From the NCBI RefSeq assembly GCF_963921235.1, contig NC_086108.1, positions 115,322,001 to 115,386,000 on the forward strand: 64,000 nt of DNA, written 5' to 3'. The notes beneath the pieces were generated by a model. It ran no database searches, was not told where the DNA came from, and worked only from the letters and a program-made list of their open reading frames with translations. The translations under genes were made by a program, and so were the position numbers. Source of the DNA: Mobula hypostoma (Eukaryota). Shown piece by piece: positions 46,150-58,786 of this stretch (position 1 is its first letter; the number at the start of each line of letters is the position of its first letter).

Positions 46150-46730
46150 GAGATTCTACAGAAGCTGGAATCCCAGAGTAACACAAACAAGATGCAGGAG
46201 GAACTCAGCAGGTCAGGAAGCATCTATGGAAATGAATAAATAGTCGATGTTTCAAGCCAAGACTTTTCTTCAGGACTGCACGGGAAAAGGGAAGAAGCCC
46301 CCATCCCTACACAAGATGTTACTTGAATTAAATACTCCAATAATAGGGATATCTGGGGCATCTCCTTCGCCCAGAGGGTGGTGAGGTTGATGGGACATCA
46401 GGGGCAGCTCCTTCGTACAGAGGGTGGTGAATACCTGGAATGAGCTGCCAGAAGTCGTGGGTGATGTGGGTTATGTTAACAACATTTAAAATCAATCTTG
46501 ATAAAACCATGGATAGGATGGATAGGAAAGGTTCCGAGGTTTGTGGGCCAAACATGGGCATATGGGCTGAAGGCCCATTCCATGCTGTATCACTCTTGAC
46601 TCTGTGGCTCTAAACAAACTCGCGTTCAGATACACAAACATACACACTCTCTTCACCTTCCTTTCCAACCCAACTGTTTATTCCCCTCCATAGACCTGTG
46701 AGTTCCTCCAGTGTTCTGTGTACATACAAC
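46150..46730. mobile_element. Inverted Penelope-derived repeat with hammerhead-like motif (46241-46278, minus), interrupted by CR1 (~46340-46610)
   Basis: Minus strand reads CAGTC-CTGAAGA-aaagtcttggctt-GAAAC-ATC-GACTA; the right arm is ttattcccctccatagacctgtgagttcctccag. Confidence 0.65.
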
Positions 46731-46762
46731 AGAACACACTTGTTCACACTCTGTCACTCTGT

Positions 46763-46795
<33 letters not shown>

Positions 46796-47616
46796 CCCCA
46801 CCCACATGCCCCAGCTCTCTGCCTTCTGTTTTCTGCACCGGTGAATGAAACATCTCACACTTTGCCTGTAGAGTTGGTGAATCACTCATGCTAACATCCT
46901 GTCAATGGGCATTCCAACCCCTAGCTGATGCACAGCTAGAGTGAATGAATGGTTAAATAAACCATACAACCATAAGACATAGGAGCAGAATTAGGCCACT
47001 CAGATCATTGAGTCTTTTCCGCTAACATCCCACTGAGTGCAATTTTGCCCACTCATGTGCTTGTCTTTCCTGTCAGTCTCACTACACACTGCCTATGCTT
47101 CTAAACCAACAGCTTTATCCTCAGCCCTTTCACTCTGGTTCCCACTCCCCTGCCGAATTGTTTTAAACCCCTCGCAAATCTGCCTGCAAGGATATTGGTC
47201 CCCTCAGGTTCAAGTGTAAGCCTTCCCTTTTACCTCGCCCAGAAGAGATCCCAATGACCTGTGCAAAAGGGACAGGTTACATCTTAAAACGAGAGGGTAT
47301 GTATTTGAGGCAAGAACAGCCAATTTGAAGGAGACGAGCAGACTAAGGCACAGAGAGGTGAGTACAGAGAACATGCTATCCGGGTGATGATACAGGCAAT
47401 GATGAGAAAGGCTTTAAGCTACATGAACGTGGAAAAAAATGGAGGGATAGGGACATCGGTAAATACCAATGCCCTTAAATAGGAAATCATAGTGGATACA
47501 GCCCAATCTATTACATAGAATATAAAACATTACAGCACAGTACAGACCTTTTGTCCCACAATGTGGTTCCAACCCTTTAAACCATTGTAAGATTAATCTA
47601 AACCTTTCATCCTGCA

Positions 47617-48930
47617 TTCAAAGTTCAAAGTATAAAGTAAAATTTATTATCAGAATACATACCTGTCACAACATACAGCCCTGAGATTCTTTTTCTGCAG
47701 GCATACTTACCAAATCTATAGAGCAGTAACTGTAAACTGTAAACATTAGGAACTGTAAACCAACTGTGTAAATACAGAAAGTAAATAAATAGCAAGAAAT
47801 AACAAACATGTAATAACTATATAATGGAGTCTTAAGTGTCTGCAGTTATCCTCTTTCGTTCAGGAGCCTGATGGTTGAGGGGTAGTAACTGTTCTCGAAC
47901 CCGGTGGCGCGAGTCTTCAGACTCCCCTACCTTCTGCTGTACCTGATGGCAGCAGTGAGAAAAGAGCACGGTCTGGGTGGTGAGAATCTTTGATGATGCT
48001 TTTCTACAGCAAAGTTTCATGTAGATCTGTTCAATGGTTGGAAGGGATTTACCCATGATGGACTGGTCCAAATCTTTTTGTCCCTCTTCCCTCCGGGAGA
48101 AGGCTCAGGAGCTTGAAGACTCATACGGCCAGATTTGGGAACAGCTTCTTTCCAACTGTGATAAGACTGCTGAACGGATCCTGACCCGGATCTGGGCCGT
48201 ACCCTCCAAATATCCGGACCTGCCTCTCAGTTTTTTTGCACTACCTTACTTTCCATTTTTCTATTTTCTATTTATGATTTATAATTTAAAATTTTAATAT
48301 TTACTAATTTTACTATTTTTAATATTTAATATTTGTAATCCAGGGAGTGGGAAGTGCAGGATCAAATATCGCTGTGATGATTGTATGTTCTAGTACCAAT
48401 TGTTTGGCGACTATAAAGTATAAAGTATCCCTGAATCCACTACTTTAGAGGGATTTTCCACTCAAAGGCATTGGTGTTCCCATACCAGGCAGTAATGCAG
48501 CCAGTCAGCACACTTTCCACCACACATCCATAGAAGTTTGCCAAGGTTTTTGATGACATGCTGAACCTCTGCAGATCCCTGAGGAAGCAGAGACGTTGTC
48601 GTGCTTTCTTCACAATAATATTTATATGATGGGTCCAGGACAGATCCTCTGAGATGGTGACATCCAGGAATTTAAAGTTACTGACCCTCTCCGCCTCTGA
48701 TCCTCTGACGATTACTGGCTCGTGGACCTCTGGTTTCCATCTCCTGAAGTCTATAGTCAGCTTCTTGTTCTTATTGACATTGAGTGGGAGGTTGTTGTTG
48801 TTACACCACTCGGCCAAGTTTTCAATCTCCCTCCTGTAAGCTGATTCATCACCACCTTTGATACGGCCTGCAACAGTGGTGTCATCAGCAAACTTGCTTA
48901 TGGAGTTGGAGCTGTGCTTAGCCACATGGT
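47617..48930 (-). mobile_element. Rex1/Babar LINE with a younger opposite-strand Rex1 3' end nested at ~48070-48427
   Basis: ORF 48440-48925 reads KFADDTTVAG...WCNNNNLPLNVNKNKK...KARQRLCFLR; the nested piece ends in (taaagta)n. Confidence 0.88.
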
Positions 48931-49089
48931 CCTAGCCTTCCATTTTTCTATCATTCACGTGCCTATCTAAGAGTTTCTTAATTGTCCCTAATGTATCTAC
49001 CTCTGTCACCAAGGCATTCTACATGCAGCAGTGTTGTGCAAAACAAACCTACCTCTGACAAACCCCCTATAATTTCCTCCAATTACTTT

Positions 49090-50530
49090 GTTAGATTAGA
49101 TTCAACTTTTTAGTCATTGTGCCAAGTACAGATACAAAGCCAATGAAATACAATTAGCATCTGACCAGAAGTGTAAAAGAATAGTGTTATTTACAAAATA
49201 ACTGGGAATAAAAAGTAAGTGCTACAGCACACAAATATAAAAGTACTGAGACAGTACAATACGGATGCAATACTGCTTAGCGCTGTGATGTGAGGTTCAG
49301 CAGGGTCACAGCCTCAAGGAAGAAGCTCTTCCTGTGCCTGCTGGTGCGGGAGCAGAGGCTCCTGTAGTGCCTACCGGATGGGAGGAGAGTAAAAAGTCCA
49401 TAGTTAGGGTGAGATGCATCCCTGATAATGCTTTTCGCCCTGCCCAGGCAGCGTTTACAGTAGATGTTCTCAATGGTGGGCAATTGGGTGCCGATAATCC
49501 ACTGGGCAGATTTCACCACACGCTGAAGTGCTTTGCGGTCTGATACAGGACAATCGCCATACCACACTGAGATGCAGTTGGTGAGTACGCTCTCAATGGT
49601 ACAGTGGTAAAAGCCCGTCAGTATCCTGGGACAGAGGTGAGCTCTCTTCATGCTCCGCAGGAAATAAAGGCGCTGTTGCACCTTTTTGACCAGGATGGAG
49701 GAGCTCAGGGACCAGGTGAGATCATCGGAAATGTGGACACCAAGGAATTTGAAGCTTGATACACACTCCACTACAGCTCCATTGATGTAGATGGGGACAT
49801 GAGTGTGGCTCCTAGTAAGCCTGAAATCCACAATGATCTCCTTGGTCTTCTGGGTGTTAAGGGCCAGGTTGTTACCGGCACACCACGCGGCCAGGTGCTG
49901 GACCTCATCCCTATAGGCCATCTCGTCATCCCCTCTGATCAGGCCAACCACTGTGGTATCGTCTGCGATCTTGATTATGGAGTTAAGAACCGTGTACAGG
50001 AACGCAGTCATAGGTGAAAAGGGAGTACAGAAGAGGGCTTAGCACACAGCCTTGAGGCACGCCAGTGTTCAGGGAGAGAGTGGAGGAGGAGAGGTTGTCT
50101 AATTTAACAGATTGGGGTCTGTTAGTCAGAAAGTCCAAGGTCCAATTGCAGAGGGATGAGCTGATACCAAGCTGGTGAAGTTTGGCGATCAGCTTGGAGG
50201 GGATCACAGTATTGAATGCCGAACTAAAGTCAATGACCACCATTCTGACGTAAGAGTTGGGGCTGTCCAGGTGGGTCAGGACAGAGTGAAGTGCTGTGGA
50301 GATGGCGTCCTCTGTTGACCTGTTGGTGCGATAGGCAAATTAATGGGGGTCCAGGGTAGTGGGCAGACAGGATTTCTGGAGTGATAAGCACTTTGCAATG
50401 ATGGGGGTGAGTGCAACTGGGTGGAAGTCATTCAGGCCCGTGGCAGTGGAATGCTTTGGCACTGGCACGATGGTGGCCATCTTGAAGCTTGTGGGGACAA
50501 CCACCTGGGCCAGGGACAGATTAAAAATGA
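49090..50530 (-). mobile_element. Young 5'-truncated Rex1/Babar LINE
   Basis: Long open frames 49983-50243 and 49277-50011 read [12 protein letters not shown]...[17 protein letters not shown]...KIADDTT...LLPSGRHYRSL; (ttaga)n tail. Confidence 0.93.
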
Positions 50531-51377
50531 TTATGATTATTGTCGCACATATTAGCTATTTACACCCTGGAAAAATGTCCCTGGCTGTCCATCTTTCCAT
50601 TTCAGTCACTGCCCCCTATTCACACCTCCCACAGACAGAACGGCTGTGATCACCACCATCAATCCCACCCTTCCACAGATATTCTGTCAGTCCCTCTAAC
50701 TCTTGCCGACATGTCAAACATCTGGCGAAGTGTCACTGATATTAACTCTGCTCCTCACTTCACAGATGCTGTCCGACCTGCAAAGAGATCTGATCTCTGG
50801 AGGACGGTGGCGAAACAGATGGGATTTTACTGAGTCCTGCAGGATCCTGGTCACCATCACTGACATTTGGCATTAATTGCAGCTTTATTTAATTAACTGA
50901 ATTTAATTTCCTTGGCTGGAGGGATTTAGATTCATCTCCCAGGATCAATATTGGAAACCGCAGGCTATTACTCCTGTAATGTAACCACCTGGCACCTGCA
51001 CACACTTCCCCAGGGTTCCCTCTCAGCTTCACATCTCAGACATGACACAACACAAGAGGGACATAACGAACTGAGTTATAGTGAAAGGTTGAATCTCTTA
51101 GGACTATATTCCCTGGAGCGTAGGAGAATGAGGGGAGATCTGATAGCAATATACAGAAATTATGAGGGGTCTAGATAGGATAAATGCAAGCAAGCTTTTT
51201 CAACTGAGGTTGGATGGGACTAGAACTAGAAGCTAAGGGTTAAGGGTGAAAGGTGAAGTATTTAAGAGGATCATCTTCATTCAGAGGGTGCTGATCGCAA
51301 GTGTGGAACGAGCTGCCAGTGCAAGTGGTCGGCGTGAGCTCAATTTCAATATTGCAAAGAATTTTGGATAGGTCCAT

Positions 51378-52317
51378 TGTTATGTAACCAGCAACAATGA
51401 ATATAGATGGGTAGATAGATAGATAGATATACTTTATTGATCCCGAGGGAAATTGGGTATCAATCGAGACAAGTTATATAAAAACAACCAAACATTTATT
51501 AAACACGGATAAATGATAAGGAAAAAAACAAACAAAAACTTTAACCAGAAGTTAACTGCTATGCAGCCGTTCAACAAATTGTCACTCGGTACTGGTTCTT
51601 AAAGCATTAAATGCAAAAACAGTTCTTAGAGCGACAAAGTCAGATATAGTTCTTAAAATGGTAAATTCGAAAGTCCAATAGATTTATACGTTCAATTAGG
51701 AGAGACTTCTCTGAAGAAGGATTCCTCCATAGACACGACTTCCCTGCTGGTTCTGTCCACAGGCCTCACGATGCAGTAAATAAACAGTTTAAAACAACTG
51801 ACCTTAAATTCTTTTAGAGAGAGCAAACCTTTGCATGAACTCTTTGCTCTTTTTGGCAAGAGTTATCTCGATGCAGGTCACTACTCCTTCAACGAAGACT
51901 CGATAAGGTCGATCCTTTGTTAAACTGCCGAACGATGCCAACTCCTCTCAATCCTTCCGTCCTGTACTTCGATAACTTCTTCACTCTCCCTTCTACTGCC
52001 AGAATAGGGTAAATCAGCACATCCAGCAACAAATTCCAGTCCAGTAATATTGTATCTTGCAACAGAACACACAACCGTTCCAAAAATGAAACTGCGTCAC
52101 AAAAACAAACACGCAACAGAAACGGAGACTCAGCACGTTCTAGCTGGAAATCTACAAACTAAAAACTAACTGCGTCATCTGGGGTCGACCCTTATATACC
52201 CAAGGTGCACATGTCATCAGGTGACCTCACATCGGCAGGAAAATTGCATCAGGTGACTTCCAAAAGACCATTACATCATTCTCACAAAAAAAAACACATC
52301 TCCTTGAGCATGTAACA
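51378..52317 (-). mobile_element. Solo LTR (940 bp) with 4-bp TSD CCAT, inserted in a CR1 3' end (51060-52340)
   Basis: Termini TGTTA...TAACA; CCAT at 51374-51377 and 52318-52321; minus-strand TATATAAG (~52191-52198) upstream of AATAAA (~51495-51500). The host CR1 reads through once the LTR is removed. Confidence 0.88.
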
Positions 52318-52609
52318 CCATGAATAGGAGGAGCATGGAGGGTCACCTCCCCTGCACTGCATGATGGAGTAAACAGTTATAACAGGTCAGCACAGTCCAC
52401 TGTTTGATAAGTCACAGTCCCAGCCTGTTGGTCAATGCAGGTGACTGGACCCACACTCTGAAGGAACTGATTCCCTGCGGCATTGTTGTTTAACCAAACA
52501 ACACATTTCACAACATAGACTCAGTGGCAAGATCACTCCTTCATCGAATAAATTGGCCGCTGTGTAGCTCGGGGTCTACTGCTTAACACTATCCACTTTA
52601 ACGTTCAAC

Positions 52610-52745
52610 ATGTTGTGCACTGAGACACCCCACGTCTCTGGGATGTGAGAGGGAACCACAACACCTGGGGACAACCACACGGTCACAGCAGAACATGCAA
52701 ACTCCACACAGACAGTGCCAAAGGATGAGATTGAACTTGGGTCTC
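52610..52745 (-). mobile_element. V-SINE remnant
   Basis: gaacatgcaaactccacacagacag (reverse complement of the V-domain start) and a B-box-like gagattgaactt. Confidence 0.75.
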
Positions 52746-52769
52746 ATCCAAAATATCCCAACAGGGCGA

Positions 52770-55465
52770 TACTCCCTCAGTACCACCCCTCCCACAGTAC
52801 CACCCCTCCCTCAGTATCACCCCTCCCTCAGTACCACCTCCCCACAGTGTGATCCTCCCTCAGTACCACCCCTCCAACACTGTGATCCTCTCTCAGTACC
52901 AACCCTCCCACAGTGTGACCCTCCCTCAGTACCACTCCTCCCACAGTGTGACCCTCCTTCAGTGTGACCCTCCCTCCGTCCCACTCCTACCACAGTGTGA
53001 CCCCTCCCTCAGTGTGACCCTCCCTCAGTACCACCCCTCCCCACAGGGTGACCCTCCCTCGGTACCATCCCCCCCACAGAGTGACCCTCCTTCAGTGTGA
53101 CACTCCCTCCGTCCCACTCCTACCACAGTGTGACCCCTCCATCAGTGTGACCCTCCCTCAGTACCACCCCTCCCAGAGTGTGACCCTCCCTCAGTACCAC
53201 CCCTCCCACAGTGTGACTCTCCCTCAGTACCACCGCTCCCAGTTTGACTCACCCTCAGTACCACCCCTCCCACAATGTGACCCTCCTTCAGTGTGACCCT
53301 CCCTCAGTACCACCCTCCCACAGTGTGACCCTCCCTCAGTACCACCCCTCCCACAGTGTGACCCTCCCTCAGTACCACCCCTCCAACACTGTGATCCTCT
53401 CTCAGTACCAACCCTCCCACAGTGTGACCCTCCCTCAGTACCACCCCTCCAACACTGTGATCCTCTCTCAGTACCAACCCTCCCACAGTGTGACCCTCCC
53501 TCAGTACCACCCCTCCCACAGAGTGACTCTCCCTCAGTACCACCCCTCCCACAGTGTGACCCTCCCTCAATACCACCCTCCCACAATGTGACGCTCCCTC
53601 AGTACCACCCCCCCACAGTATGACCCTCCCTCAGTACCGCCCCTCCGACAGTGTGACTCTCCCTCAGTACCACCCCTCCCAGAGTGTGACCCTCCCTCAG
53701 TACCACCCCTCCCACAGTGTGACTCTCCCTCAGTACCACCGCTCCCAGTTTGACTCACCCTCAGTACCACCCCTCCCACAGTGTGACCCTCCCTCACTAC
53801 CGCCCCTCCCACGGTGTGACCCTCCCTCAGTACCACCATCCCACAATGTGACCCTCCCTCAGTACCACTCCTCCCACAGTGTGACTCTCCCTCAGTACCA
53901 CCCCTCCCACAGTGTGACCCTCCCTCAGTACCACTCCTCCCACAGTGTGACCCTCCCTCAGTACCACCCCTCCCAGAGTATGACCCTCCCTCAGTACCAC
54001 CCCTCCCACAGTGTGACTCTCCCTCAGTACCACCGCTCCCAGTTTGACTCACCCTCAGTACCACCCCTCCCACAGTGTGACCCTCCCTCACTACCGCCCC
54101 TCCCACGGTGTGACCCTCCCTCAGTACCACCATCCCACAATGTGACCCTCCCTCAGTACCACTCCTCCCACAGTGTGACTCTCCCTCAGTACCACCCTCC
54201 CACAGTGTGACCCTCCCTCAGTACCACCCCTCCCACAGTGTGACCCTCCCTCAGTACCACCCCTCCCACAGTGTGACCCTCCCTCAGTACCACTCCTCCC
54301 ACAGTGTGACCCTCCCTCAGTTCCACCCTCCCACAGTGTGACCCTCCCTCAGTACCACCCCTCCCACAGTGTGACCCTCCCTCAGTACCACCCCTCCCAC
54401 AGTGTGACCCTCCCTCAGTACCACCCTCCCACAGTGTGACCCTCCCTCAGTACCACCCCTCCCACAGTGTGACCCTCCCTCAGTACCACCCCTCCAACAC
54501 TGTGATCCTCTCTCAGCACCAACCCTCCCACAGTGTGACCCTCCCTCAGTACCACCCTCCCACAGTGTGACCCTCCCTCAGTACCACCCCTCCCACAGTG
54601 TGACCCTCCCTCAGTACCACCCCTCCAACACTGTGATCCTCTCTCAGCACCAACCCTCCAACACTGTGATCCTCTCTCAGCACCACCCCTCCCACAGTGT
54701 GACCCTCCCTCAGTACCACTCCTCCCACAGTGTGACCCTCTCAGTACCACCCCTCCCACAGTGTGACCCTCCCTCAGTACCACCCCTCCCACAGTGTGAC
54801 CCTCCTTCAGTGTGACCCTCCCTCAGTACCACCCTCCCACAGTGTGACCCTCCCTCAGTACCACCCTCCCACAGTGTGACCGTCCCTCAGTACCACCCCC
54901 CCACAGTATGACCCTCCCTCAGTACCGCCCCTCCGACAGTGTGACTCTCCCTCAGTACCACCCCTCCCACAGTGTGACCCTCCCTCAGTACCACCCCTCC
55001 AACACTGTGATCCTCTCTCAGTACCAACCCTCCCACAGTGTGACCCTCCCTCAGTACCACCCCTCCCACAGTGTGACCCTCCCTCAATACCACCCTCCCA
55101 CAATGTGACGCTCCCTCAGTACCACCCCCCACAGTATGACCCTCCCTCAGTACCGCCCCTCCGACAGTGTGATCCTCTCTCAGTACCAACCCTCCCACAG
55201 TGTGACCCTCCCTCAGTACCACCCCTCCCACAGAGTGACTCTCCCTCAGTACCACCCCTCCCACAGTGTGACCCTCCCTCAGTACCACCCCTCCCACAGA
55301 GTGACTCTCCCTCAGTACCACCCCTCCCACAGTGTGACCCTCCCTCAGTACCACTCCTCCCACAGTGTGACCCCTCCCTCAGTGTGACCCTCCCTCAGTA
55401 CCATCCCTCCCCACAGTGTGACACACCCTCAGTACCGCCCCTCCCATGGTGTGACCCTCCCTCAG
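52770..55465. repeat. 33-bp minisatellite (ccctccctcagtaccacccctcccacagtgtga) with higher-order blocks
   Basis: Directly visible over ~2.7 kb; variant units recur in blocks. Confidence 0.97.
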
Positions 55466-55794
55466 TGCAGGAGTGGGGAATGTTTGTTCGGGTGAAGGAA
55501 TCTTCCAGAAGAAAAGCCGTCATTCTGAATCTCCTTCCCATCCCCAACCTCAGACTGAAAACCTGAGTATTTTCTCCATGTCCCCATTTGGTGATGGAAT
55601 TATTCAGCGTTGTTCCATTTGATTGGTTTATTCTCTGTCGCTCTACACTTGGGATTCCCACCATTTTATGCCATGGATCAATACCAGTGAGCAAGTCTCT
55701 GTGGAGCCCAGGTTGGGAACACCTTCTCTGAACATTTCCCATCCATGCAACAGTCCCTGTTTGAAAGGCAGTTAATGTATCTGCTCGGTGTGTG

Positions 55795-56270
55795 TGGAGT
55801 GTCCAGGGAGGGGCAGCACCTCTGGTGAAGGGCTTGTCATGTCCACTCTGGGACAGCTCACTCACCTTCGGTCCCGACGGGCCACTCAACTCTCACTGTT
55901 GCTCCAGGTGGCTGTTTGTATGTGACAGCAGCCATACGGCAGTGCACTACTTTGACAGGTGGGCTAAAGCAGGGGAGGGAAGCTGGCAGACCTCACACCC
56001 CGGTGAGACAGAGACAAGCCTGTCCTAGCTTGTGAAGTCAGCACCAGCGGGCTGGGCGGAGGAGATCTGCATTCCGATCCACTGGCCAAGAGGCTGGTGT
56101 GGAGTGCTCCATCGACAGCGCAGGGCCTGATAGGACACAGATGTCATGGCCATGCAGTGCACGATGGGAGACCCCAGTTGTGACGACCACTTGTACCGCT
56201 GGACCTGGACTTCTGAGGTGGAGAGAGTGGAACTGCCCAGTACAATGGCCTTTCCACTTTACATATCCTT
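55795..56270 (+). mobile_element. Probable retroelement 5'-UTR-like remnant (RTE-like, uncertain)
   Basis: ggggcagcacctctggtgaagggcttgtcatgtcc resembles RTE/BovB-type 5' ends; no coding motif seen. Confidence 0.35.
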
Positions 56271-57727
56271 CCACACAGATCTCCTGTCATTGTCAGATAC
56301 GACAGACAACCAACAATGAGAATGTACCAGGCTCAACCACTTCCTCTGGCAGCTCTTTCTATATTCACCTACGCTCTCTGTGAAAGATTTACCCCTTAGA
56401 TCCCCTTTCCGTCTTTCCCCTCACACTTTAAAGCCGAGCCCTCTAGTTTTAGACTCTCCTACCCTGGGAAAAAGACTGTCAGCACATTAACCTGGGTACT
56501 AACCTCCCCAGTATTGAGGACATCTTCAAAAGGCCATGCCTCAGAAAGGCGGCATGTGTCTTTAAGGACCCCCATCACCCAGGACATGCCTTCTTCTCCT
56601 TGCTATCATCAGGGAGGAGGCACAGGCGCCTGAAGGCACAAACACGCAATGTTTTAGCAACAGCTTCTTCCCCTCTGCCGTCAGATTTCTGAATGGACAA
56701 TAAGCCCATGAACACCACCTCACTTCCTTTTCTTTTGCTCTCTTATTTAATTTAATTTGTATATCTATTTCTTATTGTAATGTATAGTTTTGTTATCATG
56801 CACAGTACTGCGATGTACTGTGCCTGCAGTTCCACGGTATTGTATGTCAGATTCCGATTCTCCACGTTCCATTGTCAGCAGCCTCTGACAGTTCAGTGTC
56901 TCTGGGATGGCAGGCTCGTTTTTCAGCCGGGGTTGAATAGGTTGGGCCTGCACTCTCTGGAGGTTAGGGGCTGTCTCGTTGAAAGATGTGAAAGACTCTG
57001 GGTTTTGATGTGAGGAGGGTCTTTCTCAGGGGATCTGCTGTTCAAGATGGAGGCAAGACCACGCCTGGAGGGGGAGATTCTCTTGATTCAAAGTTCAAAG
57101 TAAATTTATTATCACACCACTGAGACCGATTTTCCTGTGGGCATTCACAGTAGAGCCCAGAAAAAAACGACACAGAAACAAAGACTGATAAACAACCAAT
57201 GTGCAAAAGCAACAAGCTGTGCAAATAAAAAACACAAATAATAATAAATAAATAAGCAAGTTGCGTTTTGGAATGTAGCAGACCCGATGGGCTGAATGGC
57301 CTAATTCCGCTCTGTGTCTTATCGTTTCCCACCTGAGGCAGCCACGGGGCCTCTGTCACTCGGTGTGTTCAGGGGAAAGGCTATCGGAGATGCAGAGAGT
57401 CCTAGAGAGTGTGGTTACTGCAGGAAATTCGGGTATAAGCGCAGCCGTGATCTCACGGTCCTAGACTGTGCACAATGGGCCAAATGGCCTCCTCTCTCTC
57501 TCAGATTCTTCAGGCATTGATCATCCCTGCATTGCACGATTTCAGCACAGATGAATTCTTTCCTCTGTGTTTAGTCCTGGGGCGTGACATCAGGCCAATT
57601 ATTCATTATTTAAATGATATTGAACGAAGCATTCCATTGCCACAGGATTCTCAATGTGTGCAAAAGATCAGAATCGGTTTCAATGTGACTCTCAGCGTGA
57701 GGCAGCAAGCCAATGAATAATGGAATT

Positions 57728-57766
<39 letters not shown>

Positions 57767-58780
57767 GGAGAGAAACACAGAGAAGGGGAGGAAAGTGAGG
57801 GAGGGAGAGGGGAAGAGAGGGACGGCTAGAGAGAGAGAAAGAGGAGGGGAGAGAGATGGATTGATTGAGAGTGGAGGAAAGAGTGAAAGGCGAGGGGAGA
57901 GAAACAGAAACAGGAGAAGGGTGAAAGAGAGGGGGAGGAGATGGAGATGAGATTGTGAAATAGAGAGGGACAAATAGAGAAAAACAGAGACAGACAGGGC
58001 AAGGGGAGAGAGTGAATCAGAGATGGAGGGGGAGAGGGGGAGAGAGTGAAGGAGAGACGGAGGGGGAGAGAGTGGAGAGAGGCAGCTGGGTTGAGGAAAG
58101 AAAGTGAAGGAGAGAGAGTGGCGAGACAGATGGAAGGGGAAGGAAAGAGTGAAGAACAGAAGCAGATGGGAGGAGAGGAAGAGAGAGTGAAGGAGAGAGA
58201 GAGGGAGAATAAAAGAGGCAGCGAGGGCATAGGGGAGAGAAGGGAAGAGAAAGAGGGAAATGGAGGGAAGGAGAATTTAGCGAGTGAGAGAGAGGTGGGC
58301 AAGCGACGGGGAGTGGGAGAGGGGAGATTGACAGGGAGAAAAAAGAAAGGAAGGAGAAATTAGGATTATGGAGTGATTAGAGAGATAGAGTGAGTGTGCC
58401 TGGATGGGGGGGGGGAGGAGGTAGGCTAGAGAGAGCGATTGAGAGAGGAGAAGGGATCTACGGGAGAGACGAGGGAAGTGAGAGAGAGATAAAGAGAAGG
58501 GGAGATAGAATGATTGAGGGGGAGGAGAGAGGGGAAGGGAGGGAATGAGAAACAGAAAGAGGAGAGGAGTGAGAGTCGGGGTGAGCGGATGGAGATGAGA
58601 TAGTGAGATAGAGAGGGGAAAGAGAAACCGGAGGAGCGGGAGAGAGTGACGGAGTGAGACGGGGAGCGAGTGAAGGAGAGACAGACGGGAGGAGGGGGAG
58701 AAAGACAGAGAGAGAACTGGAGAGATGGACAGAAAGAGAGCGAGCAGGAGAGAGGGAGAATAAAAGAGGCAGAGGGCAAA
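57728..58780. repeat. Purine-rich (GA) low-complexity tract, continuing at 61123-61390
   Basis: Directly visible; split by a CR1 insertion. Confidence 0.92.
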
Positions 58781-58786
58781 AGGTTA

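Noticed and set aside
52695..55566. Many Pro/His-rich or Gly-rich repetitive ORFs (mucin- or extensin-like)
   Set aside because: Translations of the 33-bp minisatellite, broken by 1-bp unit-length variants, so the frame is not conserved.
58670..58786. Apparent novel charged N-terminus fused to CR1 ORF2
   Set aside because: Chance read-through from the flanking GA-rich tract into a 5'-truncated element.
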